Below, one piece after another: positions 48,866-57,905 of a stretch of 64,000 nt of DNA. The stretch covers positions 128,001 to 192,000 of the forward strand of contig JBGAGQ010000002.1 in assembly GCA_044226625.1 (NCBI GenBank), given 5' to 3'. The translations under genes and the position numbers were made by a program. This DNA comes from Thermoanaerobaculia bacterium. Its GTDB lineage: Bacteria > Acidobacteriota > Thermoanaerobaculia > Multivoradales > UBA5704. The notes beneath the pieces were generated by a model. The model made no database searches. It was not told the DNA's origin and was given only the letters and a program-made list of their open reading frames with translations. Position 1 is the first letter of the stretch, and each line of letters begins with the position of its first letter.

Positions 48866-50584
48866 TCACGAGGCGACCGCACGCGCGTCGATCAGGCGAA
48901 GGGACGGCTCGCCGAGATAGCGGTCGTACTCCAGGATGGCGAGGACCTCGAAACGGCCGTCCAGCTGCTCGGCGCGCGATTGCCAGCCCCATCCGACCAA
49001 ATTCACGCCCCGACCGTCGTCTCCTCTCGCGCGCGCGGACAGGTGGTCCGCGCCGAACCGCCTCGGCGTTCGGTCGAGCGTTAGGGGTCCGACCCGGATC
49101 ACCGGCTCGGGGTTGCCCTGACCGAACGGGGCAAGGGCCGCCAGCTTCTCGTAGAACCGGAGGTCGATCTCGGACGGTGAGGCCTCGATCTCATAGGAAT
49201 ACCGGCGCTCGAGCAGGTCGGGCGAAAACCCCGCGGCGGCCGCTTCCTCCCATTCTTCTCGGAGGATCGGCAGCGACTCGAGCGACGCCGAGAGGCCGAG
49301 CGCCTGGGCGTGGCCGCCGAACCGATGCAGTCTCTCTTTCCAGGGCGAGAGGAAACCGTGCAGGGCGATCCCAGGGATGCTGCGGCCCGAACCGGTGGCC
49401 GACTCCCCTTCCACCGCCAGCAACAAAGTGGGCCGATTCCACGCCCGAGCGAGCCGGCCGGCGGCGATCCCCACCACGCCGCGATGCCAGTCCAGGCTCC
49501 AGAAAACGAGGATCGCCGGCGTTTGGCCGAGTTGCTCCGCCCGCTGGTCGGCCAGCGCAAGCGCCTGCTCGACCACCGCCGCTTCCTCGGACTGGCGGTC
49601 CCGGTTCCACTCGTCGAGCTGCGCGGCGAGCGCGGCGGCCCGCTCCGCGTCGCGCGAGAGGAGGATTTCGAGCGCCGGATCCGCCTCGGCCAATCGCCCG
49701 GCAGCGTTCAACCGAGGCCCGATCCGGAAGCCGATGTCGGAGGCCGAGTAGGGGGGCTTCATCCCCGCCTGGCGAATTAGAGCCTTCAACCCGACCGACC
49801 GCGAGCCTTCCAGTGCTTTCAAGCCGAGCGCTGCGATGACGCGGTTCTCCCCGCGCAAGGGAACGAGGTCCGCGATGGTCCCGAGGCAAGCGATCCGGAG
49901 CAGCGCCTCCTCGGAGATCGGCTTGCCGATCCGCCGGGCGAGGGCGAGCGAAAGCTTGAACGCGATCCCCGCCGCCGCGAGGTCCGGAAAGGGATAGGTG
50001 CAGCCGGGCTGGTGAGGATTGATCTGGATCGCGCCGTCGGGCAAGGTCTCGCCGGCGATATGGTGGTCGGTGACCACGACGTCCACGCCCGATTCCCCCG
50101 CGGCTTCGATCGCCGCGCGCGACGAGCTGCCGCAGTCGGCGGTGACGATCAAGCGACAGCCCGCCGCGATCGCCCGTTCGACGTGGCATGCCTGAAACCC
50201 GTATCCGTCGCGCATCCGGTGGGGCAGGATCGCCTGGGCCTCGAGCCCGAGAGAAGAGAACACCGCAAGCAGCTGCGCCGTCGCGCTGATGCCGTCGACG
50301 TCGTAGTCGCCGACGATCGCGATCTTCTGCTTGGCTTCCCTCGCGGCGACCAGTCTCTCCACAGCGGGCGCCATCCCGGCCAACAGCGACGGATCGTGGA
50401 GATGCTCGAGACGGGGAGCGAGGAACCGCTCGGCGGATTCCGGATCGACCGCTCCCCGCCGGGCGAGCAGCGCCGCGAATCGCGGCGAATGCCCGGCCGC
50501 GATCAGCGCGTCGAGGTCGATGGGTGCGGGCTCGGCGATCCAGCTCGCCGCCCGCTCCCTACGACTCGTAGACCCCCATGGCAC
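48866..50584 (-). CDS. recJ: ssDNA exonuclease RecJ (start uncertain)
   Basis: GDYDVDG, TADCG, TDHH, GTIADLVPL, PRLNAAGR, GSGRS, GGH and PFGQGNPEP motifs. Confidence 0.95.
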   Translation of the reverse strand: MPWGSTSRRERAASWIAEPAPIDLDALIAAGHSPRFAALLARRGAVDPESAERFLAPRLEHLHDPSLLAGMAPAVERLVAAREAKQKIAIVGDYDVDGISATAQLLAVFSSLGLEAQAILPHRMRDGYGFQACHVERAIAAGCRLIVTADCGSSSRAAIEAAGESGVDVVVTDHHIAGETLPDGAIQINPHQPGCTYPFPDLAAAGIAFKLSLALARRIGKPISEEALLRIACLGTIADLVPLRGENRVIAALGLKALEGSRSVGLKALIRQAGMKPPYSASDIGFRIGPRLNAAGRLAEADPALEILLSRDAERAAALAAQLDEWNRDRQSEEAAVVEQALALADQRAEQLGQTPAILVFWSLDWHRGVVGIAAGRLARAWNRPTLLLAVEGESATGSGRSIPGIALHGFLSPWKERLHRFGGHAQALGLSASLESLPILREEWEEAAAAGFSPDLLERRYSYEIEASPSEIDLRFYEKLAALAPFGQGNPEPVIRVGPLTLDRTPRRFGADHLSARARGDDGRGVNLVGWGWQSRAEQLDGRFEVLAILEYDRYLGEPSLRLIDARAVAS

Positions 50585-51509
50585 GGAACTTCGCGTACCG
50601 CCGCGAAAGAAGCTTGTCGATCGGCTCCTTCGCGAGCTCGGCGACCGCGCGTTCGATGGCGTCGCCGACCCGTCGGGCGGTCTCGCCTGGATCGGTATGG
50701 GCGCCACCGATCGGCTCCGGAACGATCGCGTCGACCACCTTGAGCTCGATCAGGTCCGGAGCGGTGAGGCGGAGCGCTTCGGCCGCTTCGGCCTTCTTGT
50801 TCTGGTCTTTCCAGAGGATCGCGGCGCACCCCTCGGGGGAGATCACCGAGTAGGTGCCGTATTCGAGGATCAGGATTCGGTCGCCCACCCCGAGCGCAAG
50901 AGCTCCCCCGCTCCCCCCCTCGCCGGTCACCGTGACGACGATCGGCGTGCGCAGCACCGCCATCTCGAGGAGATTTCTCGCGATCGCCTCGGCCTGACCG
51001 CGCTCCTCGGCGTCGAGGCCTGGAAAAGCCCCCGCGGTGTCGATGAAAGTGAGCACCGGGAGACCGAACCGCTCGGCGAGCTTCATGATCCGCAGCGCCT
51101 TGCGATATCCCTCGGGGCGCGCCTGGCCGAAGTTGCGGCGAATGCGCTCCTTGGTGTCGCGCCCCTTCTGGTGGCCGATCACCGCGACGCTCCGGCCGCG
51201 GAACGAAGCGAGGCCCGACACGATCGCCGCGTCGTCGCCGAACGCTCGGTCGCCGTGAAGCTCCACCCAGTCGTCCATCAGCATCTCGACGTAGTCGAGC
51301 GTGTATGGGCGATCGGGATGGCGCGCGACGAGCGTGCGCTGCCAACGGTTGAGGTTACCGTAGACCTCCTGCGCGGCCTTGCGCAGGGCGACCTTCAATC
51401 GCTCGGCTTCTTTCGCCTGACTGCTGCCGGCGGGAAAGCCCGAAAGCTCGGAAATCCGCTCGCGCAGGTCGGCCAGCGGTTCGTCGAAGGAGGATTCGTT
51501 GGCCTGCAT
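50559..51509 (-). CDS. accA: Acetyl-CoA carboxylase carboxyltransferase alpha subunit
   Basis: ARHPDRP, ELHGDR, PEGYRKA, AEERGQ, GEGGSGGAL and SVISPEGC motifs. Confidence 0.97.
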   Translation of the reverse strand: MQANESSFDEPLADLRERISELSGFPAGSSQAKEAERLKVALRKAAQEVYGNLNRWQRTLVARHPDRPYTLDYVEMLMDDWVELHGDRAFGDDAAIVSGLASFRGRSVAVIGHQKGRDTKERIRRNFGQARPEGYRKALRIMKLAERFGLPVLTFIDTAGAFPGLDAEERGQAEAIARNLLEMAVLRTPIVVTVTGEGGSGGALALGVGDRILILEYGTYSVISPEGCAAILWKDQNKKAEAAEALRLTAPDLIELKVVDAIVPEPIGGAHTDPGETARRVGDAIERAVAELAKEPIDKLLSRRYAKFRAMGVYES

Positions 51510-51765
51510 AGGGGGCGCAAGCTAACAGACCGGTCCGAAGGGGGTCAAACCGATCTGGCATCTCGTCGCAAACCAGAGTTTTCAGTTCTTGACACTTGCG
51601 GCATAGCGCATACGATCAACCAGGAGATCCGCTCGATCGAGCCCTCGCGTTCCCTGGTCCGTCGCCCTGGCTGGCGACCGCGGAGCGAGATGGCGCGACC
51701 GAGGCGAAAGGAAGGAGATTCGAAAAACGGCGGCCCGTTCGCCAAGACACGAGAGGAGACTCACC

Positions 51766-54642
51766 ATGGGTCCGCACCCGTCCCGCCGCGGCTTCCTGCG
51801 GTTGCTCGCCGCCCTCGGCGCGTTCGCAATCACCACGGCGTTCGCGATGGCTCCCGATCGCTCGTCCCCGTCGCTCCGGCCCCCTTCTCGCTCGGCTTCG
51901 CCCCCCTCCTATACCCTGTTCGAAAGCGGCCAGGTCCGTCCGCTCGCGATCTCCCCGGACCGGCGACACCTCTTCGCCACGAACACCCCCGACAATCGCC
52001 TCGAGATTTTCCGCATCCGAGCCGGCGGATTGCTCCACGTCGCCTCGATTCCCGTCGGCCTCGAACCGGTCGCCGTCGCTGTCCGCTCGAACCGCGAGGT
52101 GTGGGTGGTGAACCATCTCTCTGACAGTGTGAGTGTCGTCGAGCTCGAAGAGCAAGGCGGCGAGATTTCCGGCGAGGTCGAGCGCACGCTGCTGGTTGGC
52201 GACGAGCCGCGCGATCTCGTTTTCGCCGGACCCGGGCGGAAGCGAGCTTTCATCACCGCCGCTCACCGCGGGCAGAACCTGCCGTTCGATCCTCAACTGA
52301 CAACGCCGGGCGTCGGACGGGCCGACGTCTGGGTATTCGACGCCGAGAACCTTGGCTCCTCGGTCGGCGGAAGCCCGCTCACCATCGTGACCCTCTTTAC
52401 CGATACCCCGCGCGCCCTGGCTGTGACCCCCGACGGGTCGCGCGTCTACGCCGCGGGATTCCACAGCGGCAATCGAACCACCATCGTTGCCGAGGCGACG
52501 CTGCCCGACGGGTTCGGTCCCGACGGCGCCGCCGGACCGACGACCAACTTCGAAGGGCGCCCCGCGCCCGAGATTGGAGCCATCGTCCGTTGGAACGGCT
52601 CCCATTGGGTGGACACCTTGGGGCGTCCGCGCGATGCCTACGTTCGGTTCTCGCTACCGGACAAGGACGTTTTCGCGATCGACGCCATGAGCCATCCGCC
52701 GCGGCAGCTCTCCGGTCCGGCCGGTTCTTTCCAGGGCGTCGGCACGATCCTGTACACGATGGCCGTCAACCCCGCGAGCGGCAAGATCTACGTGGCCAAC
52801 ACCGAGGCGAACAACCTCGACCGGTTCGAGGGGCCCGGAACCTTCGCCGGCCATAGCCTTCGCGGCCACCTCCACGAGAGCCGGATCACCGTGCTCACCC
52901 CCGGGGCGGGCGGCGCAGCCGTCGCTCCCCGGCACCTCAACAAACACCTCGACTTCAGCCATTGCTGCGCGCCGAGCCCGAACGCCGAAAGCGCGAAGTC
53001 TCTCGCCTTCCCGCAAGGCATGGCGGTGACCGCGAACGGTAAGACCCTCTACGTCGCCGCACTCGGCTCCGACGAGGTCGGCGTCTTCTCGACCGCGGAG
53101 CTCGAGAACGACACCTTCGTTCCCAGCGCGGCCAGTCACATCGCGGTGAGCGGCGGCGGACCGACCGGCCTGGTTCTCGACGAGGAGCGCGGCCAGCTCT
53201 ATGTCCTCACCCGGTTCGACGACGGCATCTCCGTCCTCGACACTCGGTCGCGCGTCGAGACCGCGCACGTTCTGATGCACAACCCCGAGCCCTCGACGGT
53301 CGTCGCGGGCCGGAGATTCCTCTACGACGCGCGGCTCTCATCCAGCCACGGCGACTCGGCCTGCGCGAGCTGCCACGTTTTCGGCGACTTCGACAGCTTG
53401 GCGTGGGATCTCGGCAATCCGGACGAGCGGGTGACCGACAACCCGGGGCCTTTCATCAGCGAGTTGCTCAACCTCGTCACCGGCCAGCCGATGGAACCGA
53501 TTTTCCATCCGATGAAGGGACCCATGGCCACCCAGAGCCTGCGCGGCATGGCGAACCACGGTTCGATGCATTGGCGCGGCGACCGCACCGGGGGCAACGA
53601 CGCCCCGAGCACGCAGCCGGACGGTGGCACGTTCGACGAGCGCGCGGCGTTCGCACGGTTCAACGGCGCGTTCCCCGATCTGCTCGGGCGAAGCTCGGTC
53701 CTCACCCAGGCGGAGATCAAGGCGTTCACCGACTTCGTCCTCCAGATCAGCTACCCACCGAATCCCAACCGGCGCATCGACAACGTGCTGACGCCGGACC
53801 AGGATGTCGGACGGCAGCTTTTCGACACCGTCAATTGCGGCATTCCCTCGGCTCCCGAGCTCAACGGCGCCGTCCTCACCTGCGCGAGCTGTCACACGAT
53901 CGACCCGAACGCAAATCCCAGCTCTTCGGCGCCCGGGCTGTTCGGGAGCTCCGGTCTCACGAGCTTCGATTTCAGCCCACAGCTGTTCAAAGCGCCCCAC
54001 CTGCGGAATCTCTACCAAAAGGTCGGAATGTTCGGGAACCCGGAGAATCCCGGCTTTTTAGGCGGCGACAACGGTTTCAAGGGAGATCAGGTGCGCGGCT
54101 TCGGATTCTTGAACGACGGCAACGTCGACACAGTCTTCCGTTTCGTCCACGGGATCAGCTTCTCCGAGGTCGCGAACGGACCGGGCAGCAACAGCATCCC
54201 GGAGGGTCCCGCGGGCGAGATCCAAAGACGACAGCTCGAGGCGTTCATCCTCGCGTTCCCAACCAACCTCGCGCCCGCCGTCGGTCAGCAGGTGACGCTC
54301 CGTGGCTCGGGCTCCCAGGCGTCTGCGCTCGCCCGGATCGAGACTCTCCGCCAGCGGGCGGAGGCGGGAGAATGCGAGCTGATCGCCAAGGCGACGCTCG
54401 ACGACGAGCTCGGCTTCCTCTACGTAGGATCGGGCCGGTACGCCACCGACCGGCGCGCCTTGCCGCCGCTTCCCGGTTCCGCCCTGAGAGCGTTGGCGGA
54501 GACCGGCCGGGCGGTGACCTACACCTGCGTGCCGCCCGGCTCCGGTACGCGCCTTGGGGTCGACCGTGACGGCGACGGCGCCTGGGACGGCGACGAGCGC
54601 CGCGCCCATTCCGATCCCGAAGATCCGAGCAGCCGTCCGTAA
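51766..54642 (+). CDS. Secreted YVTN/YncE beta-propeller fused to a di-heme cytochrome c region
   Basis: SRRGFL N-terminus; NTPDNRL, VGLEPVAV and VVNHLSDSVS blades; two CASCH motifs; C-terminal DRDGDG-x-x-DGDE loop. Confidence 0.8.
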   Translation: MGPHPSRRGFLRLLAALGAFAITTAFAMAPDRSSPSLRPPSRSASPPSYTLFESGQVRPLAISPDRRHLFATNTPDNRLEIFRIRAGGLLHVASIPVGLEPVAVAVRSNREVWVVNHLSDSVSVVELEEQGGEISGEVERTLLVGDEPRDLVFAGPGRKRAFITAAHRGQNLPFDPQLTTPGVGRADVWVFDAENLGSSVGGSPLTIVTLFTDTPRALAVTPDGSRVYAAGFHSGNRTTIVAEATLPDGFGPDGAAGPTTNFEGRPAPEIGAIVRWNGSHWVDTLGRPRDAYVRFSLPDKDVFAIDAMSHPPRQLSGPAGSFQGVGTILYTMAVNPASGKIYVANTEANNLDRFEGPGTFAGHSLRGHLHESRITVLTPGAGGAAVAPRHLNKHLDFSHCCAPSPNAESAKSLAFPQGMAVTANGKTLYVAALGSDEVGVFSTAELENDTFVPSAASHIAVSGGGPTGLVLDEERGQLYVLTRFDDGISVLDTRSRVETAHVLMHNPEPSTVVAGRRFLYDARLSSSHGDSACASCHVFGDFDSLAWDLGNPDERVTDNPGPFISELLNLVTGQPMEPIFHPMKGPMATQSLRGMANHGSMHWRGDRTGGNDAPSTQPDGGTFDERAAFARFNGAFPDLLGRSSVLTQAEIKAFTDFVLQISYPPNPNRRIDNVLTPDQDVGRQLFDTVNCGIPSAPELNGAVLTCASCHTIDPNANPSSSAPGLFGSSGLTSFDFSPQLFKAPHLRNLYQKVGMFGNPENPGFLGGDNGFKGDQVRGFGFLNDGNVDTVFRFVHGISFSEVANGPGSNSIPEGPAGEIQRRQLEAFILAFPTNLAPAVGQQVTLRGSGSQASALARIETLRQRAEAGECELIAKATLDDELGFLYVGSGRYATDRRALPPLPGSALRALAETGRAVTYTCVPPGSGTRLGVDRDGDGAWDGDERRAHSDPEDPSSRP

Positions 54643-54716
54643 GAGAGCGTCCCGACGAGGAGATCCCGGCTCACACCTGCCGGGTTCTCCTCGCCTTCCT
54701 GTCTAGCTCGAATCCC

Positions 54717-56417
54717 CTACTTCAACGCCTGCGAAAGCACCCGGCCTTCGCAGCCGCTCGGCTGCAGGATGCCGAGCAGATCCGAAAGCGTCGGCGCGAT
54801 GTCGAGCGTCGAGACGCGCTCGGTGTAGCGACCCGCCTTGATCCCCGCGCCCGCGAGCAGGAGCGGCACCGAGGTGTCGTAGGCATACGGCGTGCCGTGC
54901 GTCGCGCCGGTCGATCGACCGGGGACCCAATAGGGATCGGAGACCATCACCAGCTCGCCGCTCACCTTCGGGTGGAAGCTTCGCGCGATGCGACGCGAGA
55001 TGTCGTTGTCGAGCATCTGGCCGTCGAGTAGCTGACTGCGGGTGAAGACGGCGTAGATACCGGGCTGCTGGCGCAGGTAATCCGCCGCGACGTCTTCTGC
55101 GCGGGTGTAGCTCACCTTCTTGCCAGTGATGGTCTGCAGGTTGAGATAGACGTTGTCGTCGACGATCGCTTGGACCCAATCGCCAGGGCCGAGCTCCGTC
55201 GTCATCGCCTTCTCCAATCCGTCCTCGGCGATCTGCGTCGTACCGGCACCAAACCCGGCTTTCTGGAGCTCGGCGACGATCGGCGCGACGCCGTGATCGG
55301 CGGTGACCACGATCGTCACGTTCGCGAGCCCCCCCGGGACCATCTTGCCGAGAGCGTTGAAGAAGCGGCTGAGCGCCGCGTCGGTTTGCACCGTGATGTC
55401 CAGCACCTCGGCGCTGTCAGGGCCGAAGCTATGGCCGACGTAATCGTTGCTGGACAGGTTGATCGCCAGGAGGTCGGATGCCCCGTCCTGCCCGAGCTTC
55501 TCTTGCCGCACGATTTCCGTCGCCGTGTCGAGGGTGTAGCCATTGGCGAACGGCGTGCTCGTAAAGGCGCTGTAAAAGGCCGGACCCGGTTGTTCCAGCC
55601 CTCCCGTCACGGGATGAGGGAACGTCGCGCCGAGGCCGGGGCGCGGTCCCACCGAGCCGTTGGCCGGCGTCCAGAGCCGCTTCAGCTTCTCCGGAGCGAC
55701 CGACAGCTCCCAGTTCTTGCCAAAGAAGGCGTCGACCTTCTTCGCCTCGTTCCAGGTGGTGACCCAGGCGGGCAGGGTGCCGTCCGGCCGGTAGTAACGG
55801 CTGGAGATCCAGGCCCCCGTCTTGTCGTCGAACCAGAGGACGCCGTCGGCGAGATGTCCCGCCATCAACACGGCGGCGCGGTCCTTGAGGGCGACCGCCC
55901 AGACCTTCGACGCCGCGACGGGATCTCGGCCGTTCGCCATCTTAAGCTCGTCCCCGACCGTGCTCACCCGCAAGGTTGCCGGCGAGACGCCGTTGGTTCC
56001 GTTCGGATCGTCGGCCCCGACGAGAGGGCTCGTCGTGTCCCGTACGCAATACCGCTCGCCAGGGGTCTTGAGGCCGCGATCGAACCAATCGTTCGCAATG
56101 ATCCCCGACTTATAGGGCGGGGCGCCGGTCAAATGCACCGAATGCCCCACGCCGGTCACGAGCGGGAAATGATCGTGGTGGGCGTCGGTGTGGTACGCGC
56201 CCTTTTCCATCAGATAGCGGAAGCCCCCTACCGTTCCGCCCTTCGCGGCGACCGCCGGCAGGAAGAGATCGTCGAACCGCATCAGGTAGTCGGCCCGGAA
56301 CTGGTCGATCGAGAGGACCACCACCAGCTTCGGACGAACCGGCGCGGCCGAAGCGGCCGTGACGAAGACGAGGAAACTAAAGACCGCGAGCGCGATCGGG
56401 CGAAGCGTGCGAGTCAT
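54717..56417 (-). CDS. Alkaline phosphatase superfamily protein (PafA-like)
   Basis: SIDQFRADY, T-G-V-GH nucleophile region, KDRAA, DYVGHSFGP, TADHG and THG-x-PY-x-YD motifs. Confidence 0.88.
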   Translation of the reverse strand: MTRTLRPIALAVFSFLVFVTAASAAPVRPKLVVVLSIDQFRADYLMRFDDLFLPAVAAKGGTVGGFRYLMEKGAYHTDAHHDHFPLVTGVGHSVHLTGAPPYKSGIIANDWFDRGLKTPGERYCVRDTTSPLVGADDPNGTNGVSPATLRVSTVGDELKMANGRDPVAASKVWAVALKDRAAVLMAGHLADGVLWFDDKTGAWISSRYYRPDGTLPAWVTTWNEAKKVDAFFGKNWELSVAPEKLKRLWTPANGSVGPRPGLGATFPHPVTGGLEQPGPAFYSAFTSTPFANGYTLDTATEIVRQEKLGQDGASDLLAINLSSNDYVGHSFGPDSAEVLDITVQTDAALSRFFNALGKMVPGGLANVTIVVTADHGVAPIVAELQKAGFGAGTTQIAEDGLEKAMTTELGPGDWVQAIVDDNVYLNLQTITGKKVSYTRAEDVAADYLRQQPGIYAVFTRSQLLDGQMLDNDISRRIARSFHPKVSGELVMVSDPYWVPGRSTGATHGTPYAYDTSVPLLLAGAGIKAGRYTERVSTLDIAPTLSDLLGILQPSGCEGRVLSQALK

Positions 56418-56503
56418 GGAACCCTCCAGAGGTAGGAAACGACCCCGAAAGGCTAGCATGCGAGACGGCACCCTTCGAGAGCCGGACCCGCGTAAGGTAG
56501 CCG

Positions 56504-56537
56504 GTCCGGCACCCTCCAAACGGGAGAGGTGCCGGAC
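56504..56537. terminator. Stem-loop between the DHOR and phosphatase genes
   Basis: GTCCGGCACC-CTCC...GGAG-A-GGTGCCGGAC stem. Confidence 0.5.
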
Positions 56538-56544
56538 TCCTTTT

Positions 56545-57765
56545 TCAGAGCGAGCTCAGGAACGCCATCAACTGGTTCTTCTGCAGAATCGGCAGCGTCC
56601 GATACCGCGCAGCTGCGGCCGAAGCTTGGCCGGCGTGGCGGAGGATCGCGTCGTTCCGGGTAAAGGAGAGGCCGTCGTGCATCAGGCGGTCGCGCGTCCG
56701 CAAGCCCCAGAGCGGCGCGGTCCGGACCATGTTGCGCGTCTGCGGCCCTCCGTTCTGAACGATCCCGTCGCCGGTGCCGACATCGTGGAGAAGGAAATCG
56801 CCGAAGGGATGAAAGACCTTGTCGCCCAAGGCGGGCGGAATCACGAAGGTTCCGCCATTGATCGGCGTTCCCGCTGGGGCCGTGGTGAGGTCCGGACGAT
56901 GGCAGCCGGCGCAGCCGATCGCCGCGAAGACCCCCCGGCCGGCGATCGCATCCGGTCGGGAGGCGAGCGCCGCGTCGCGCGGCGGCACCTTCGTCGCCCG
57001 CATGAAGCGGGTGAAGATCTCGACGTCCTCCCCGAACGGCTCGTCGGGCGTCGCCGCCTCTTCCGGATCGGGAACGCTGTCGAATTCCGCGAGCGAGCGG
57101 CCGCCGGAGGTGTTCTCGGTGGGTTGGAGCGGACTGGTGATCCCCATCTCGTTCAAGTAGGCGTCGGAAGAGAACGACAGCAGGCTCGCGTGCTGGTTCT
57201 TCCAACCGAAGCGACCGACTCGGACGACACCGGGCGCTTCGAGCACCGGCACGCGGAGGACGGTGCCGCGCTGCTGCGGCGGCTGGCTCGCCCGGATCGC
57301 CTCGAAGGTCGAGTCCGCCACCGCTTCGACGAATCCGTCACCGAGCGTCGAGAGCGAGGTGCGGAACGTCCGAACGTTGTCCTCCCCCGCCGCCCGTTCC
57401 TGGATGCTCGCGTCGATCGCCCGATCGTTGATCAACGAGCCACCCGGAGGATCGCTGTAAACCGAGCCGTTGTAGCGGCCGACTCGAAGCTCGGTGATCT
57501 GGCTTCCCGAACCGGACACCGGGCTCTGATGGCACTCCGAACAGGCCTGGGCGTTGTAGACCGGCCCGAGGCCGTCGGCGATGACCTCGCGCGCTTCGAA
57601 CACCTGCCGGTCGAGGTCGAACTGCGTCTGCGAGACCAGACCGTTGGTCTGATCGTCAAAGCCCGCCGGGGCCTCGACGAAGACCCGCGTGGCGGCGAAC
57701 AGGATCGGCGACGAGAGCACCAGCGACCATAGAGCACCTCGGACGACGCGGCTCTTTCTCGGCAT
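56545..57765 (-). CDS. Di-heme oxidoreductase (DHOR) family protein
   Basis: GLGPVYNA-x-x-CSECH, GRFGWK, CAGCH, DFLLHD, RTAPLWG, HDG and AILRH motifs. Confidence 0.88.
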   Translation of the reverse strand: MPRKSRVVRGALWSLVLSSPILFAATRVFVEAPAGFDDQTNGLVSQTQFDLDRQVFEAREVIADGLGPVYNAQACSECHQSPVSGSGSQITELRVGRYNGSVYSDPPGGSLINDRAIDASIQERAAGEDNVRTFRTSLSTLGDGFVEAVADSTFEAIRASQPPQQRGTVLRVPVLEAPGVVRVGRFGWKNQHASLLSFSSDAYLNEMGITSPLQPTENTSGGRSLAEFDSVPDPEEAATPDEPFGEDVEIFTRFMRATKVPPRDAALASRPDAIAGRGVFAAIGCAGCHRPDLTTAPAGTPINGGTFVIPPALGDKVFHPFGDFLLHDVGTGDGIVQNGGPQTRNMVRTAPLWGLRTRDRLMHDGLSFTRNDAILRHAGQASAAAARYRTLPILQKNQLMAFLSSL

Positions 57766-57771
57766 CGAGAT

Positions 57772-57820
57772 CTCCTCAAAATACGAAGGGCGAGCGACGA
57801 AGCTCGCGGATTTTGAGGAG
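57772..57820 (-). promoter_or_regulatory. 5'-UTR hairpin sequestering the SD of the DHOR gene
   Basis: mRNA CUCCUCAAAAU...AUUUUGAGGAG perfect 11-bp stem with an inner GCGAGC/GCUCGC stem; SD 6 nt before AUG. Confidence 0.6.
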
Positions 57821-57905
57821 GAACACCCGACGAGAGGAGTTCCTGCGGAGGAATTCTTGAATTTGGTCAGGGAAGAATGGAGCCCTTCCAAGCCCAGCCT
57901 TGCCC

